Shown piece after piece: positions 40,942 through 49,783 of a DNA stretch of 64,000 nucleotides. Both the position numbers and the translations under genes were made by a program. Source of the stretch: an uncultured delta proteobacterium (GTDB lineage Bacteria; Desulfobacterota; RBG-13-43-22); contig CAWDKY010000017.1 of the NCBI GenBank assembly GCA_963802945.1, positions 288,001 through 352,000 of the forward strand. The letters run 5' to 3'. How positions within the stretch are numbered: the first letter of the stretch is position 1; every line of letters begins with the position of its first letter. Below the pieces are notes generated by a model. It did no database searches, was not told the DNA's origin, and saw nothing but the letters and a program-made list of their open reading frames with translations.

Positions 40942-42273
40942 TTAAGGAACCCGTTTAAGCTTTCGCCAGAGGGTGGTGGGATGTAGTCCTAATTCCTTTG
41001 CGGCCAGGGTTCGATTTCCTTGGTATTTTTCCAGAGCCTTTTGAATCAATTCCTGTTCTTGGTCTTTCAGCTTTTTTTCGAATGAGAGGTGGGGATTGCC
41101 ACTTTCCTGGGTGCCTCTTTGGTACTCCGGTGGCAGATGAGAGAGTTGTATGGTTGATCTATGGCAGAGCACAAAGGCATGTTCAATGATATTTTCCAAT
41201 TCCCGGATATTTCCAGGGTACTCATAGTGCATTAAAACCTGGAGAACCTTCGGAGATATCTGAGAAATCTTTTTACCGGTCCGGAGATTAAACTTATTAA
41301 GAAAATGTTCAATCAAAAGGGGAATATCTTCGCGGCGTTCTTTCAGGGGAGGCAAGTCTATCTGGACCACTTTAAGCCGGTAATAAAGGTCATCTCTAAA
41401 CGAACCATCTTTTATTAAGCCCTTAAGATTTTTATTGGTCGCCGAGATCAATCGGGCCTTAACCGGTCTGCTGACATTGGAACCCAAAGGCTCATAAGTT
41501 TTTTCCTGAAGGACCCTTAAAAGCTTGGCTTGTACTATCAGCGGAAGATCACCTATTTCATCCAAAAACAAAGTCCCGGAATCGGCCTGGGCAAACTTTC
41601 CCGGCTTGTCTTTTTTAGCATCGGTAAAAGCCCCGCGAACATAGCCGTAGAGCTCTGATTCCAGCAGGGTCTCCGGCAGGGCACTGCAATTGATGGCCAC
41701 AAAGGGTTTTTCTTTTCTGGGACTTAAATGATGGATGGCTTTGGCTAAAAGCTCCTTGCCGGACCCGCTGGGTCCCTGGATGAGAACGGCGCTGTCACTC
41801 TGGGCGATATCGGGAAGATTGTCGAATATTTTTTGCAGGGTATCACTCTTGCTGATGATGTCGTTCACGGTATACTTTTGGGTGATTTCTTTACGCAGGG
41901 CTTCGATAGCACTCAAATCCCGAAAGGTCTCAACCCCTCCCATCATCCTGCCCTGGCTGTCCTTCAAGACGGCGGTTGTTACGCTGATGGGGATGATCTC
42001 TCCCCGGGCATTTAATATATTGACCGGCAAATCGACCACATTTTTCCCGGTCTTTAAGGTCCTGGCCAAGGCACAAGAATCCTGGCAGATCTCGGCCTGA
42101 AAGATTTCAAAGCATTTCTTGCCGATCGCTTCTTCCCTGGGAAATCCGGTAATGGTTTCTGCCGCCTGATTAAAGGAGGTTATTCCCCGGTCTTTATTTA
42201 TGGTAAAGACCCCCTCAGTGATGCTATCTAAAATGATCTTCAAAAAAGGTGATGGCGGTTTGTTTTTCTCCAT
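40942..42273 (-). CDS. PAS-domain sigma54-dependent activator (OrpR-like)
   Basis: PAS with C...C, GPSGSGKE, GAFTDA, FLDEIGD, YPGNIREL, Fis-type HTH. Confidence 0.92.
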   Translation of the reverse strand: MEKNKPPSPFLKIILDSITEGVFTINKDRGITSFNQAAETITGFPREEAIGKKCFEIFQAEICQDSCALARTLKTGKNVVDLPVNILNARGEIIPISVTTAVLKDSQGRMMGGVETFRDLSAIEALRKEITQKYTVNDIISKSDTLQKIFDNLPDIAQSDSAVLIQGPSGSGKELLAKAIHHLSPRKEKPFVAINCSALPETLLESELYGYVRGAFTDAKKDKPGKFAQADSGTLFLDEIGDLPLIVQAKLLRVLQEKTYEPLGSNVSRPVKARLISATNKNLKGLIKDGSFRDDLYYRLKVVQIDLPPLKERREDIPLLIEHFLNKFNLRTGKKISQISPKVLQVLMHYEYPGNIRELENIIEHAFVLCHRSTIQLSHLPPEYQRGTQESGNPHLSFEKKLKDQEQELIQKALEKYQGNRTLAAKELGLHPTTLWRKLKRVP

Positions 42274-42422
42274 GGGCCTATTCTCCCAACATTCTTACCC
42301 CTTGTTGGACGTTATATTACCCAAATTAATCCGTTGTCCACCCAAATTATGTTCTTTATGGATTTCGACCGATTTCCACTAAGGTTGAAAATATAGATTT
42401 TTTGTTTAACCTTAATATAAAT

Positions 42423-42653
42423 TCAACCGCTACAGCAACTGCCTGGACTGCTACATGAATTGGGTGCACCACAACAACCCCCAGGGCTATTGTTAAAAAT
42501 TTTACTATCTGAGCGGAGTGTATTGTGGGCGGACAGCAATTTCCCCAGATCGTTGCTGCCGCAGGATTTGCATAATATTTTTTCGTTTTTATCCATGATC
42601 AGGAATTCATTTATTACCCCACAGTGATTACATTTGTATTCGTAAATCGGCAT
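42423..42653 (-). CDS. FmdB-family zinc ribbon protein
   Basis: MPIYEYKC..CG...C..CGS..L.KLLS, Cys-rich tail. Confidence 0.85.
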   Translation of the reverse strand: MPIYEYKCNHCGVINEFLIMDKNEKILCKSCGSNDLGKLLSAHNTLRSDSKIFNNSPGGCCGAPNSCSSPGSCCSG

Positions 42654-42689
42654 TTCCTATCCCTCCTCGTAATAAGATTCTACTCTTAA

Positions 42690-42790
42690 ATATTGATCCA
42701 CGGGAGATGGGCGAATAGGATGCCTCTTGGTTTGAAATACTGGCTTCCAGGAAGACACCCCACTCTCCTACAATTTCTCAGTCAAACCAT
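42690..42790 (-). pseudogene. N-terminal remnant of DUF134-family DNA-binding protein
   Basis: MV*LRNCRRVGCLPGSQYFKPRGI then loss of similarity; TGA at codon 3. Confidence 0.7.
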
Positions 42791-42805
42791 AATGGATCCC
42801 TCTTC

Positions 42806-42859
42806 TAAAACTAATTAGAAGCATATGCTCATAATTTGTCAAGCCAAAAAATGGTGATC
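42806..42859 (-). repeat. 54-bp direct repeat copy 1 containing sigma70 promoter and palindromic operator
   Basis: 52 of 54 nt identical to 48346-48399; minus strand TTGACA-N17-TCTAAT. Confidence 0.9.
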
Positions 42860-43174
42860 GTTAACTCACGTACAAGAATACAATATGATGGTTGGGATCA
42901 GAAGAGCTATTAAGGAGTCCGCTTGTTTTAGGCTCTTAGGGCCGATACTAAAGATGATCAGATTGTAATCTTCAGTTAAAAACGGGGTGCTGAATTTGGC
43001 GACTTTAGAAAGAAGTCAAAGGCCGCTCTACGATCAGATGAGACGGCTTGAAAGTATTTCCATAGATGGTAAGGGAAAGAGCATCCTCTTTTCTTTTTGA
43101 CGAAGCCTCCGAAAGACGTTACTATAGAAAACGTTGATGTTCTTTTGATAATAAACAGCCAGGAGGAATATCCT

Positions 43175-44833
43175 ATGACCGTAAAGTTATTGATAATCGG
43201 TGGTGTCGCGGGCGGGGCAACTGCTGCCGCCAGGGCCCGCAGGCTTGATGAATTTACTGAGATTATTCTCTTCGAAAGGGGGGAATACATATCCTTTGCC
43301 AACTGCGGCCTGCCCTATTACATAGGGAACGTAATAAAAAATCGGGACGATCTGCTGGTGACAACAGCGGAGGCATTCAAGGCCAGGTATAATATAGATA
43401 TAAGGATTTTCACAGAAGTGATAGGGATAGACAGGCTTCATAAACGGGTCAAGGTTAAAGATGTCATGACAGGAAGGGTATATGAAGAGACCTATGACAA
43501 AATTATACTTTCTCCAGGCGCTGAGCCTGTAAAACCCCCTATCAAAGGCATTGATCTGGAAAATATCTTCTCCCTGCGCAATATCCCTGACTCGGATCGG
43601 ATCAAGGCCCGTGTAGACGCCGACAGGCCTAATTCGGCGGTGATCGTCGGAGGCGGATTTATAGGACTTGAGATGGCAGAGAACCTTGTAATCCGGGGTG
43701 TAAAGACAACCATTGTTGAGATGCTTGACCAGTTAATGGCACCTCTTGATTATGAGATGTCGGTGATGGTTAGGGACCATCTGGAACAAAAGGGAGTCTC
43801 ATGTTATCTGGAGGAGGGGGTTGCGGGTTTTTCAGAAAAGGAAGGGCTTATCATTGTCCATACGGAAAAAAACAGGAATATAGAATGTGACCTGGTTATC
43901 CTGTCCATTGGGGTAAGGCCCGAGAACAGACTTGCCAGGGATGCCGGTCTGGCCATAGGAAACAGGGGAGGGATAAAGGTAAATGCGGCCATGAGGACAT
44001 CTGATTCGGATATATATGCCGTGGGGGATGCCGTGGAGATAAAAGACTTCATCTCAGGACTGCCGACCATGACGGCCCTTGCAGGCCCGGCTAATAAGCA
44101 GGGACGCATCGCGGCTGATAACGCCCTGGGAGGCAAATCCGTGTTTAAGGGGACCATAGGGACAGCGGTGGTAAAACTCTTTGACCTTACCGTTGCCTCT
44201 ACTGGGGCGAGCGAGAAGTCCCTGAGGCAAAACAATATCCCTTGTATGGTAAGCTATACCCACTCCAATTCCCACGCCTCCTATTATCCCGACGCTCAGA
44301 TGATGGCGATAAAGTTGATTTTTTCGCCATCAAACGGAAGGATTTTAGGGGCTCAAATCATCGGGATGGAGGGCGTGGACAAACGTATCGATGTATTAGC
44401 CACAGCCATAAGGGGCTCCATGACTGTTTTTGATCTGGAGGAACTTGAACTGGCCTATGCACCACCCTATTCATCGGCAAAGGACCCTGTTAATATAGCA
44501 GGATTTACGGCATCGAACCTTTTAAAGGGGGATGTGAGAAATATTTACTGGAGCGATATTCAAGGTCTTGACCCTGAAAAAGATGTCCTTATTGATCTGC
44601 GCGATAAAGTAGAACTGAATGACTCCGGAACTATCGAAGGATCGCTGAATATACCTTTAAATGAACTGCGCAAAAGGCTGCCTGAACTTGATAAAGAGAA
44701 GAACTATATTCTTTTTTGCGCTGTCGGCCTGAGGGGATACCTTGGCCACCGTATCCTTGACCAGAACGGATTCAAATCCAGAAACCTGAGCGGGGGATAT
44801 AAGACCTATATGATGGGCAGGGAAAAGATATGA
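43175..44833 (+). CDS. CoA-disulfide/persulfide reductase with C-terminal rhodanese domain (Npsr/CoADR-RHD)
   Basis: GGVAGG, SFANCGLPY, GGGFIGLE, GD, YAPPY, rhodanese CAVGLRG. Confidence 0.92.
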   Translation: MTVKLLIIGGVAGGATAAARARRLDEFTEIILFERGEYISFANCGLPYYIGNVIKNRDDLLVTTAEAFKARYNIDIRIFTEVIGIDRLHKRVKVKDVMTGRVYEETYDKIILSPGAEPVKPPIKGIDLENIFSLRNIPDSDRIKARVDADRPNSAVIVGGGFIGLEMAENLVIRGVKTTIVEMLDQLMAPLDYEMSVMVRDHLEQKGVSCYLEEGVAGFSEKEGLIIVHTEKNRNIECDLVILSIGVRPENRLARDAGLAIGNRGGIKVNAAMRTSDSDIYAVGDAVEIKDFISGLPTMTALAGPANKQGRIAADNALGGKSVFKGTIGTAVVKLFDLTVASTGASEKSLRQNNIPCMVSYTHSNSHASYYPDAQMMAIKLIFSPSNGRILGAQIIGMEGVDKRIDVLATAIRGSMTVFDLEELELAYAPPYSSAKDPVNIAGFTASNLLKGDVRNIYWSDIQGLDPEKDVLIDLRDKVELNDSGTIEGSLNIPLNELRKRLPELDKEKNYILFCAVGLRGYLGHRILDQNGFKSRNLSGGYKTYMMGREKI

Positions 44834-44954
44834 CAAAAGGATGTAGGAATGTCCTACGGCCGGGGATTAGGGAAGAGACAATCTGTTCAAAGATAAACGG
44901 CAAGAGTATAGAAGAAGGGAAAATTTATCCCTCACCCGGAGGGTCTTTATCAGG

Positions 44955-45218
44955 TCAGACCTTGGGGTTGGCGCCTTCTGGAAGTAAAGGAGGCAGCAAG
45001 AAAGAGTCAGGATTATGGGGCTTGGCTTCTGGGGTGACCATTGGAGAAACGGATGTGTCCGGACCTGAAGAATTTTTTTCCTCTTGAGAACACTCCTGCT
45101 GGGGATTAACCGGAACGGGGGTGGGATCTTTCTTGTCCAGGGCAAAAGAAAAAGACCCTAATAGAAAAAAAACAATAAAAGCCAGGGGCAGTTTCTTTAA
45201 TTGGTTTAAATTGGTCAT
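44955..45218 (-). CDS. Small secreted Pro-rich hypothetical protein
   Basis: AGGAAGG RBS, signal peptide ending SFA, low-complexity mature part. Confidence 0.5.
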   Translation of the reverse strand: MTNLNQLKKLPLAFIVFFLLGSFSFALDKKDPTPVPVNPQQECSQEEKNSSGPDTSVSPMVTPEAKPHNPDSFLLPPLLPEGANPKV

Positions 45219-45456
45219 GGCCTTCCTTTCTCTAACTGTTTTCTGCCCAGGGAAGAAGATTTTCTAGTTAGGTACTATACCGGGCAGCCTCCAATAATTC
45301 AATCATTCTTTTTTCCAGCATAATTCGGCGTGGAAAGTGGGCCACAGTGTAATATCTTTCTTCCCTAAAGATGATGGTCATGTAACAAATTAAAAATTGC
45401 TTATTTCTGCCATCCCCGTGAAAAGCGGTTCAGTAGGTTGACACTTCAGAAACGAT

Positions 45457-45495
45457 TAAGGCACCTTCTCAGAACGGGAAAGTGCCTTATTTTTT
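45457..45495. terminator. Probable intrinsic terminator after rhodanese gene
   Basis: TAAGGCAC...GTGCCTTA inverted repeat about 20 nt past the rhodanese stop. Confidence 0.55.
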
Positions 45496-45509
45496 CAAAT
45501 ATTGAGATA

Positions 45510-46403
45510 TTACGGCTCGACGGGTGCCTTGGGGTCTTTCATCCACTCCTCTGTTGATCCATCATATGTTTTTACGTTTTTATAACCCAGAAGATCGGTC
45601 ATGATAAAGGACCAGGCCGTGGAAACCTTGCCCGTATCGCAATAGAGGATGACCTCTTTGTTCGTGTCCGCTCCAATGACTGCTGTCACAAGGGCAGCGA
45701 GGTCCGCTTTGCTTTTAAATAGCCCTTCTTTTGTGTAGGCTTGTGAAGTCGGGAAATTGACCGCTCCTTTGATTCTCCCCGGTTTGGCGACGAAATCCAT
45801 TTTCTTTATTCCCTGGTAGAAATCAAGCTCTCTGACATCAACGATCATAACCTTACCGATGGCATTCATAACATAGTCTTTATTGGCGAGCATAACTTCC
45901 TTGGCCTTGACTTGATACTTAGTCGGTTTGGATTTTACTAGGTCTGTGGAAAGGGTCTTTTTATCAGCTGCCCACTTGTCGAAACCTCCATCCAGGATAG
46001 CCACATCCCCGATACCTGCGTATTTGAGAGTCCAGGCAACCCGAGAGATATCGGTGCGGTTCGGGATCGTATCGGCTTTTCCAACGATAACGACCAGCGA
46101 TTCGGGACCAATACCGGCGGCGCTGATAACATCAGAGAGGTCGTCCAAAGGGGGGATCTCGTTTCTCAAACCGCCTTTCATAATAGCCCAGGAACCATAG
46201 ATGACATTGAGCGCCTTGGGGATATGCCCAGTCTTATAATCTTCGACCTTCCTGATGTCGACGATGATAAGTTTCGGGTTATTGATATTTTTTTCCAGCC
46301 AATCGGTGGATACAATGGGTTCGATATCTCTCGCCATGGAGGCGAAAGGAATGATGAGCCCAAGAAGAACTAAAACGAGGCTAAGCCTAAGTGATCTTTT
46401 CAT
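45510..46403 (-). CDS. Secreted tandem-domain rhodanese/sulfurtransferase
   Basis: Signal peptide ending ASMA, GHIP.A, LDGG..KW, active-site YCDTGKVS, YDGS..EW. Confidence 0.92.
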   Translation of the reverse strand: MKRSLRLSLVLVLLGLIIPFASMARDIEPIVSTDWLEKNINNPKLIIVDIRKVEDYKTGHIPKALNVIYGSWAIMKGGLRNEIPPLDDLSDVISAAGIGPESLVVIVGKADTIPNRTDISRVAWTLKYAGIGDVAILDGGFDKWAADKKTLSTDLVKSKPTKYQVKAKEVMLANKDYVMNAIGKVMIVDVRELDFYQGIKKMDFVAKPGRIKGAVNFPTSQAYTKEGLFKSKADLAALVTAVIGADTNKEVILYCDTGKVSTAWSFIMTDLLGYKNVKTYDGSTEEWMKDPKAPVEP

Positions 46404-47677
46404 TATTTTTCTCCTTTTATTGGTTTTGGTTTATAAAGTAAACATTCGTTTGCTTTGGAACCGTTCTTGATCAGAGCTTCTTTTGTCAGGAAACCTTTAT
46501 TCTCGACATGGCAGATCTCGCAGGAACGGGTCCGGTCGGTTCTCTTTTTAATGTTGTGTGCTGTTGTGTCCCAGTAGTTGGGGAGCGTGTCGTAACGGTT
46601 CATTTTAATCCCGGCGCTTTTAAAGGTGTCCCGGACTGTAGGGGTAAGCCGCAGGGTCGTTATAGTTTTTTTGTCTTTGGAGCTTAAACCGAGAAAGAAG
46701 TCCGGTTTGGATGTGGCCCCTTTTCCCAGGTGACAGCTGTAGCAATTTCTGTAAGCTCCTCCGGAGTGGCAGGCATAGCAGCTTACCCTGTCCTTGTGTT
46801 GGGCGTGGGAGGTCTTGGCCTTTTCCGTCTTTTCATCTCCCGCCTTATGACAGTTGATGCAGGCCGGCTTTTCCTTCACTTCCTTTTTTGTTTTGTAGGC
46901 CGTTGAGGTGCCATGAAATTCCGCCTTCTTATGGCAATCCAGGCAGGTCATTCCCTTTTGATAATGAATATCGGCCGCGCCGCCATACTCGCCTGTGAAT
47001 TCCGGGTACACCCGGCCTCCATGGCATACGGCACAGGTCTTTCCGTCATCCCTGGCGACGAACTTGTGATTCTGAATAAAACCTGTGCTGATCCCGCTTA
47101 CCTTGGGGGATTTTACATGGCAGTCGCCGCAGGAGGCATGACAGCTCCTGCAGGATTGCTGGAATACCTTTTTGTCGAATATCCCCAGATCTTTTTTTGA
47201 GAACCTTCCTGAAACTCCATGGCGAAAGCCGGCAGTGGTGAAATGAAGGGAGTTTTTATAGGTCTGGGGTGCATCTTCATGGCATTGGCCGCAAAGCTTA
47301 TGATCTGCTGAAGGTTTTTTCACCACCCCGATATGGGCCTTGGACTTATCCTCGGCCTTATCATTCCCCTTGTGACAGAAAACGCACCCTCCGACTAAAT
47401 GGGGTTCGGTTTTGATCAGCTTTTCATCAACAAGGAACGCTTTATATTGCAGTTCCGCCGGGACCGACGGAGGGGCACCTGCTCACCCTTCCCCGGCTTC
47501 GATGGCTACCTTAACGGGTTTGTGGAGCGTCTGGAGCAGCTTTTCACTCGTGTGGCATTTCACGCAACTGCTTTCGCCGGCGTAGGTCAAGTAAAAAGAT
47601 AAGGAAAGAGAGGCAACCAGAAAACCAACAATGGTCCATACTATCTTGGTTTTTCTTTTTACCTGAACAGATTTCAT
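46403..47677 (-). CDS. Secreted 11-heme cytochrome c, predicted selenoprotein (TGA 47485-47483 = Sec65), 424 aa
   Basis: ORFs 47483-47692 and 46403-47326 are in one frame joined by TGA and 52 open codons containing another CxxCH; 11 CxxCH motifs in total; SECIS-like hairpin follows the TGA. Confidence 0.85.
47449..47482 (-). promoter_or_regulatory. SECIS-like hairpin
   Basis: GCAG/CUGC lower stem, UCCGUCG/CGGCGGA upper stem, GUCC apical loop 18 nt after UGA. Confidence 0.75.
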
Positions 47678-47753
47678 GAAACCCTCGGTCAATAGACAAT
47701 AGAACGCAACCTTTATTATACAGCATTAAAAAGGCAGGTCATCAAACTCTATA

Positions 47754-48116
47754 TTATCCTTCATGGCATCCGTGCTCATGTTGACTGCAGGCAATTCCGG
47801 AATCGCTCAATTTGCCTGTGAGCCAACTTTCGGCAACATTTTTTACATTGCCGGAACATCCTCGCAAAACCTGGATGCCGTGGCTGGTTAAAACATTTAC
47901 TGCTCCTTGTCCCATATTGCCGGCCAGCATATATTTTACACCCATTTGTGCCAATATTTGAGCAATATCTGATTTACAGCCACAACCAGCCGGAGGTGTA
48001 ATCCTTTCCTCTGAAAGTATTTTGTTTTTGTCACCAATAGTGAAAACCGTGAAGCATTCGCAATGCCCAAAGTGTTCATCCACCTGATCCTGACATGAAG
48101 GTAATGCTATTTTCAT
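47754..48116 (-). CDS. NifB/NifX-family metal-binding protein
   Basis: MKIALP...VDEHFGHC, GCGCKS, LAGNMG.GA, C..H.H.CH tail. Confidence 0.88.
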   Translation of the reverse strand: MKIALPSCQDQVDEHFGHCECFTVFTIGDKNKILSEERITPPAGCGCKSDIAQILAQMGVKYMLAGNMGQGAVNVLTSHGIQVLRGCSGNVKNVAESWLTGKLSDSGIACSQHEHGCHEG

Positions 48117-48145
48117 GACGTACTCCTTTTTTTAATGAATTTTTT

Positions 48146-48340
48146 TTACGTCCGCCTTTTACAATGCGGGCATATGGTCGTATCCTGCGCTTCGCAGAAA
48201 ACATTAAATATTTTACGGCATTGTTGACACTTCAATTGTTTGGTTTCTTTGATTGAAATCTCTCCACCTTCTATTTTTAGTGCCTTCCCATTAACGAGAA
48301 CGTCAGCGATTTTTTTATTCGCCGATTTAATAATCCTTCC
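48146..48340 (-). pseudogene. C-terminal remnant of DUF134-family protein
   Basis: GRIIKSANKKIADVLVNGKALKIEGG followed by CQQC...CPHC; N-terminal HTH missing, fragment abuts the promoter repeat. Confidence 0.72.
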
Positions 48341-48345
48341 AATTT

Positions 48346-48399
48346 TAAAACTAATTATAAGCATATGCTCATAATTTGTCAAGCAAAAAAATGGTGATC
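48346..48399 (-). repeat. 54-bp direct repeat copy 2 containing consensus sigma70 promoter and palindromic operator
   Basis: Minus strand TTGACA-N17-TATAAT (48382-48354) overlapped by near-perfect palindrome ATTATAAGCATATGCTCATAAT. Confidence 0.9.
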
Positions 48400-48419
48400 A
48401 TTGCTGGGCCAAAAATAGC

Positions 48420-48460
48420 TTGACATTGCCAAATAATGAATATATGATTATATAATCATA
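48420..48460 (+). promoter_or_regulatory. ars operon promoter with ArsR operator
   Basis: TTGACA-N17-TATGAT overlapped by perfect 18-bp palindrome TATGATTATATAATCATA (48443-48460). Confidence 0.75.
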
Positions 48461-48479
48461 ATTGCATGGAGGAAAATAT

Positions 48480-48797
48480 ATGGAGGATAGAATCATTGCC
48501 TTGGAGGCAGAAATTTTAAAGGCCCTGGCCCAGCCCACTCGATTGAAAATCCTCGAATGCTTACGTGAAGGGGAGCGGTGCATCTGCGAGATCGTGCCGG
48601 TTATTAACGGCGAGCAATCCAACATCTCCAGACATATTTCCCTGATGCAGAAAACCCGATTAATTTCTTCACGCAAGGACGGAGTGAAGGTCATGTTGAA
48701 GATTCAAGATCCGCAGATTTTCGACCTCCTGGATCGGGTAAATAAAATTTTGAAGAGGCAGATGCAAGAACAAAATAAATTAATGGCGAAATTGTAA
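48480..48797 (+). CDS. arsR: ArsR/SmtB-family repressor
   Basis: KALAQPTRLKIL..L..GERCICEI...QSNISRH; heads ars operon. Confidence 0.88.
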   Translation: MEDRIIALEAEILKALAQPTRLKILECLREGERCICEIVPVINGEQSNISRHISLMQKTRLISSRKDGVKVMLKIQDPQIFDLLDRVNKILKRQMQEQNKLMAKL

Positions 48798-48818
48798 TCT
48801 GCCGACAAGGAATGATTT

Positions 48819-49766
48819 ATGATTAAATATTTGGCCGACTTATTGGTTTATCAGTGGATAGGAATTCAGTCTGGGACCAGGTTGGGAGAATCTTTAGACT
48901 TTTTCTTCTATGATACTATAAAAGTTTTTTTGCTCCTCATAGTAATTATTTTTGTAGTGGCGATCATACGGAGTTTCTTTCCCCCTGAGCGCTCACGTAA
49001 ACTGCTTGGTCATCGAAGGGAGTATGTAGGAAACTTTCTGGCAGCTTTATTGGGCATCGTTACGCCCTTTTGCTCCTGCTCCGCCGTACCGATGTTTATC
49101 GGCTTCATCGAATCGGGTCTGCCTTTAGGCATAACTTTCTCTTTTCTTATTTCCTCACCGACTGTAAATGAAGTGGCTCTGGTCATGCTCTGGGGCTTGT
49201 TTGGATGGAAGATTGCCCTTCTCTATACCGCTACAGGGGTTGTTATGGCCTTTTTTGCCGGTATCGTTATCGGAAAATTGAAATTAGAGCATCTGGTTGA
49301 AGAATATGTTTACCGGATCAAGATGGGTGAAGCGGAAATGTCCGTTCCTACCTGGAAAGAAAGGCTGGAATACGCTCGTGACTATACGAAAGATATACTC
49401 AGACGGGTATGGTTGTTCGTTCTTATCGGCATTGGATTAGGGGCCTGGATTCATGGTTATGTTCCTATGGATTTTATTATAAAATACGCAGGGCCCGGCA
49501 ACCCATTTGCCGTGTTTGTGGCGGTTCTTATCGGCATTCCCTTATACTCTAACGCCGCTGGGACAATCCCTATCGTTCAAGCCCTGGTAGAAAAAGGACT
49601 TCCTATGGGCACGGCGCTGGCTTTTATGATGTCCTTTGTGGCCATATCGACGCCCGAGTTGATTATCCTGCGCAAGGTTATTAAACCGAAGTTGATTGCT
49701 ATTTTCGTCGGGATTGTCTCTGTGGCGATTATCATCATCGGCTATCTGTTCAATGCCGTTTTATAA
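48819..49766 (+). CDS. arsP: ArsP/DUF318-family permease
   Basis: TPFCSCS.VP, FSFLISSP.VNE, GIPLYSNAAG. Confidence 0.85.
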   Translation: MIKYLADLLVYQWIGIQSGTRLGESLDFFFYDTIKVFLLLIVIIFVVAIIRSFFPPERSRKLLGHRREYVGNFLAALLGIVTPFCSCSAVPMFIGFIESGLPLGITFSFLISSPTVNEVALVMLWGLFGWKIALLYTATGVVMAFFAGIVIGKLKLEHLVEEYVYRIKMGEAEMSVPTWKERLEYARDYTKDILRRVWLFVLIGIGLGAWIHGYVPMDFIIKYAGPGNPFAVFVAVLIGIPLYSNAAGTIPIVQALVEKGLPMGTALAFMMSFVAISTPELIILRKVIKPKLIAIFVGIVSVAIIIIGYLFNAVL

Positions 49767-49783
49767 AGAGGAGGTAAAGAGTC

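Noticed and set aside
42782-42784. In-frame TGA at codon 3 of the DUF134 fragment as possible Sec
   Set aside because: Position corresponds to Arg (CGA to TGA transition), no SECIS-like hairpin seen, and the frame decays shortly after.
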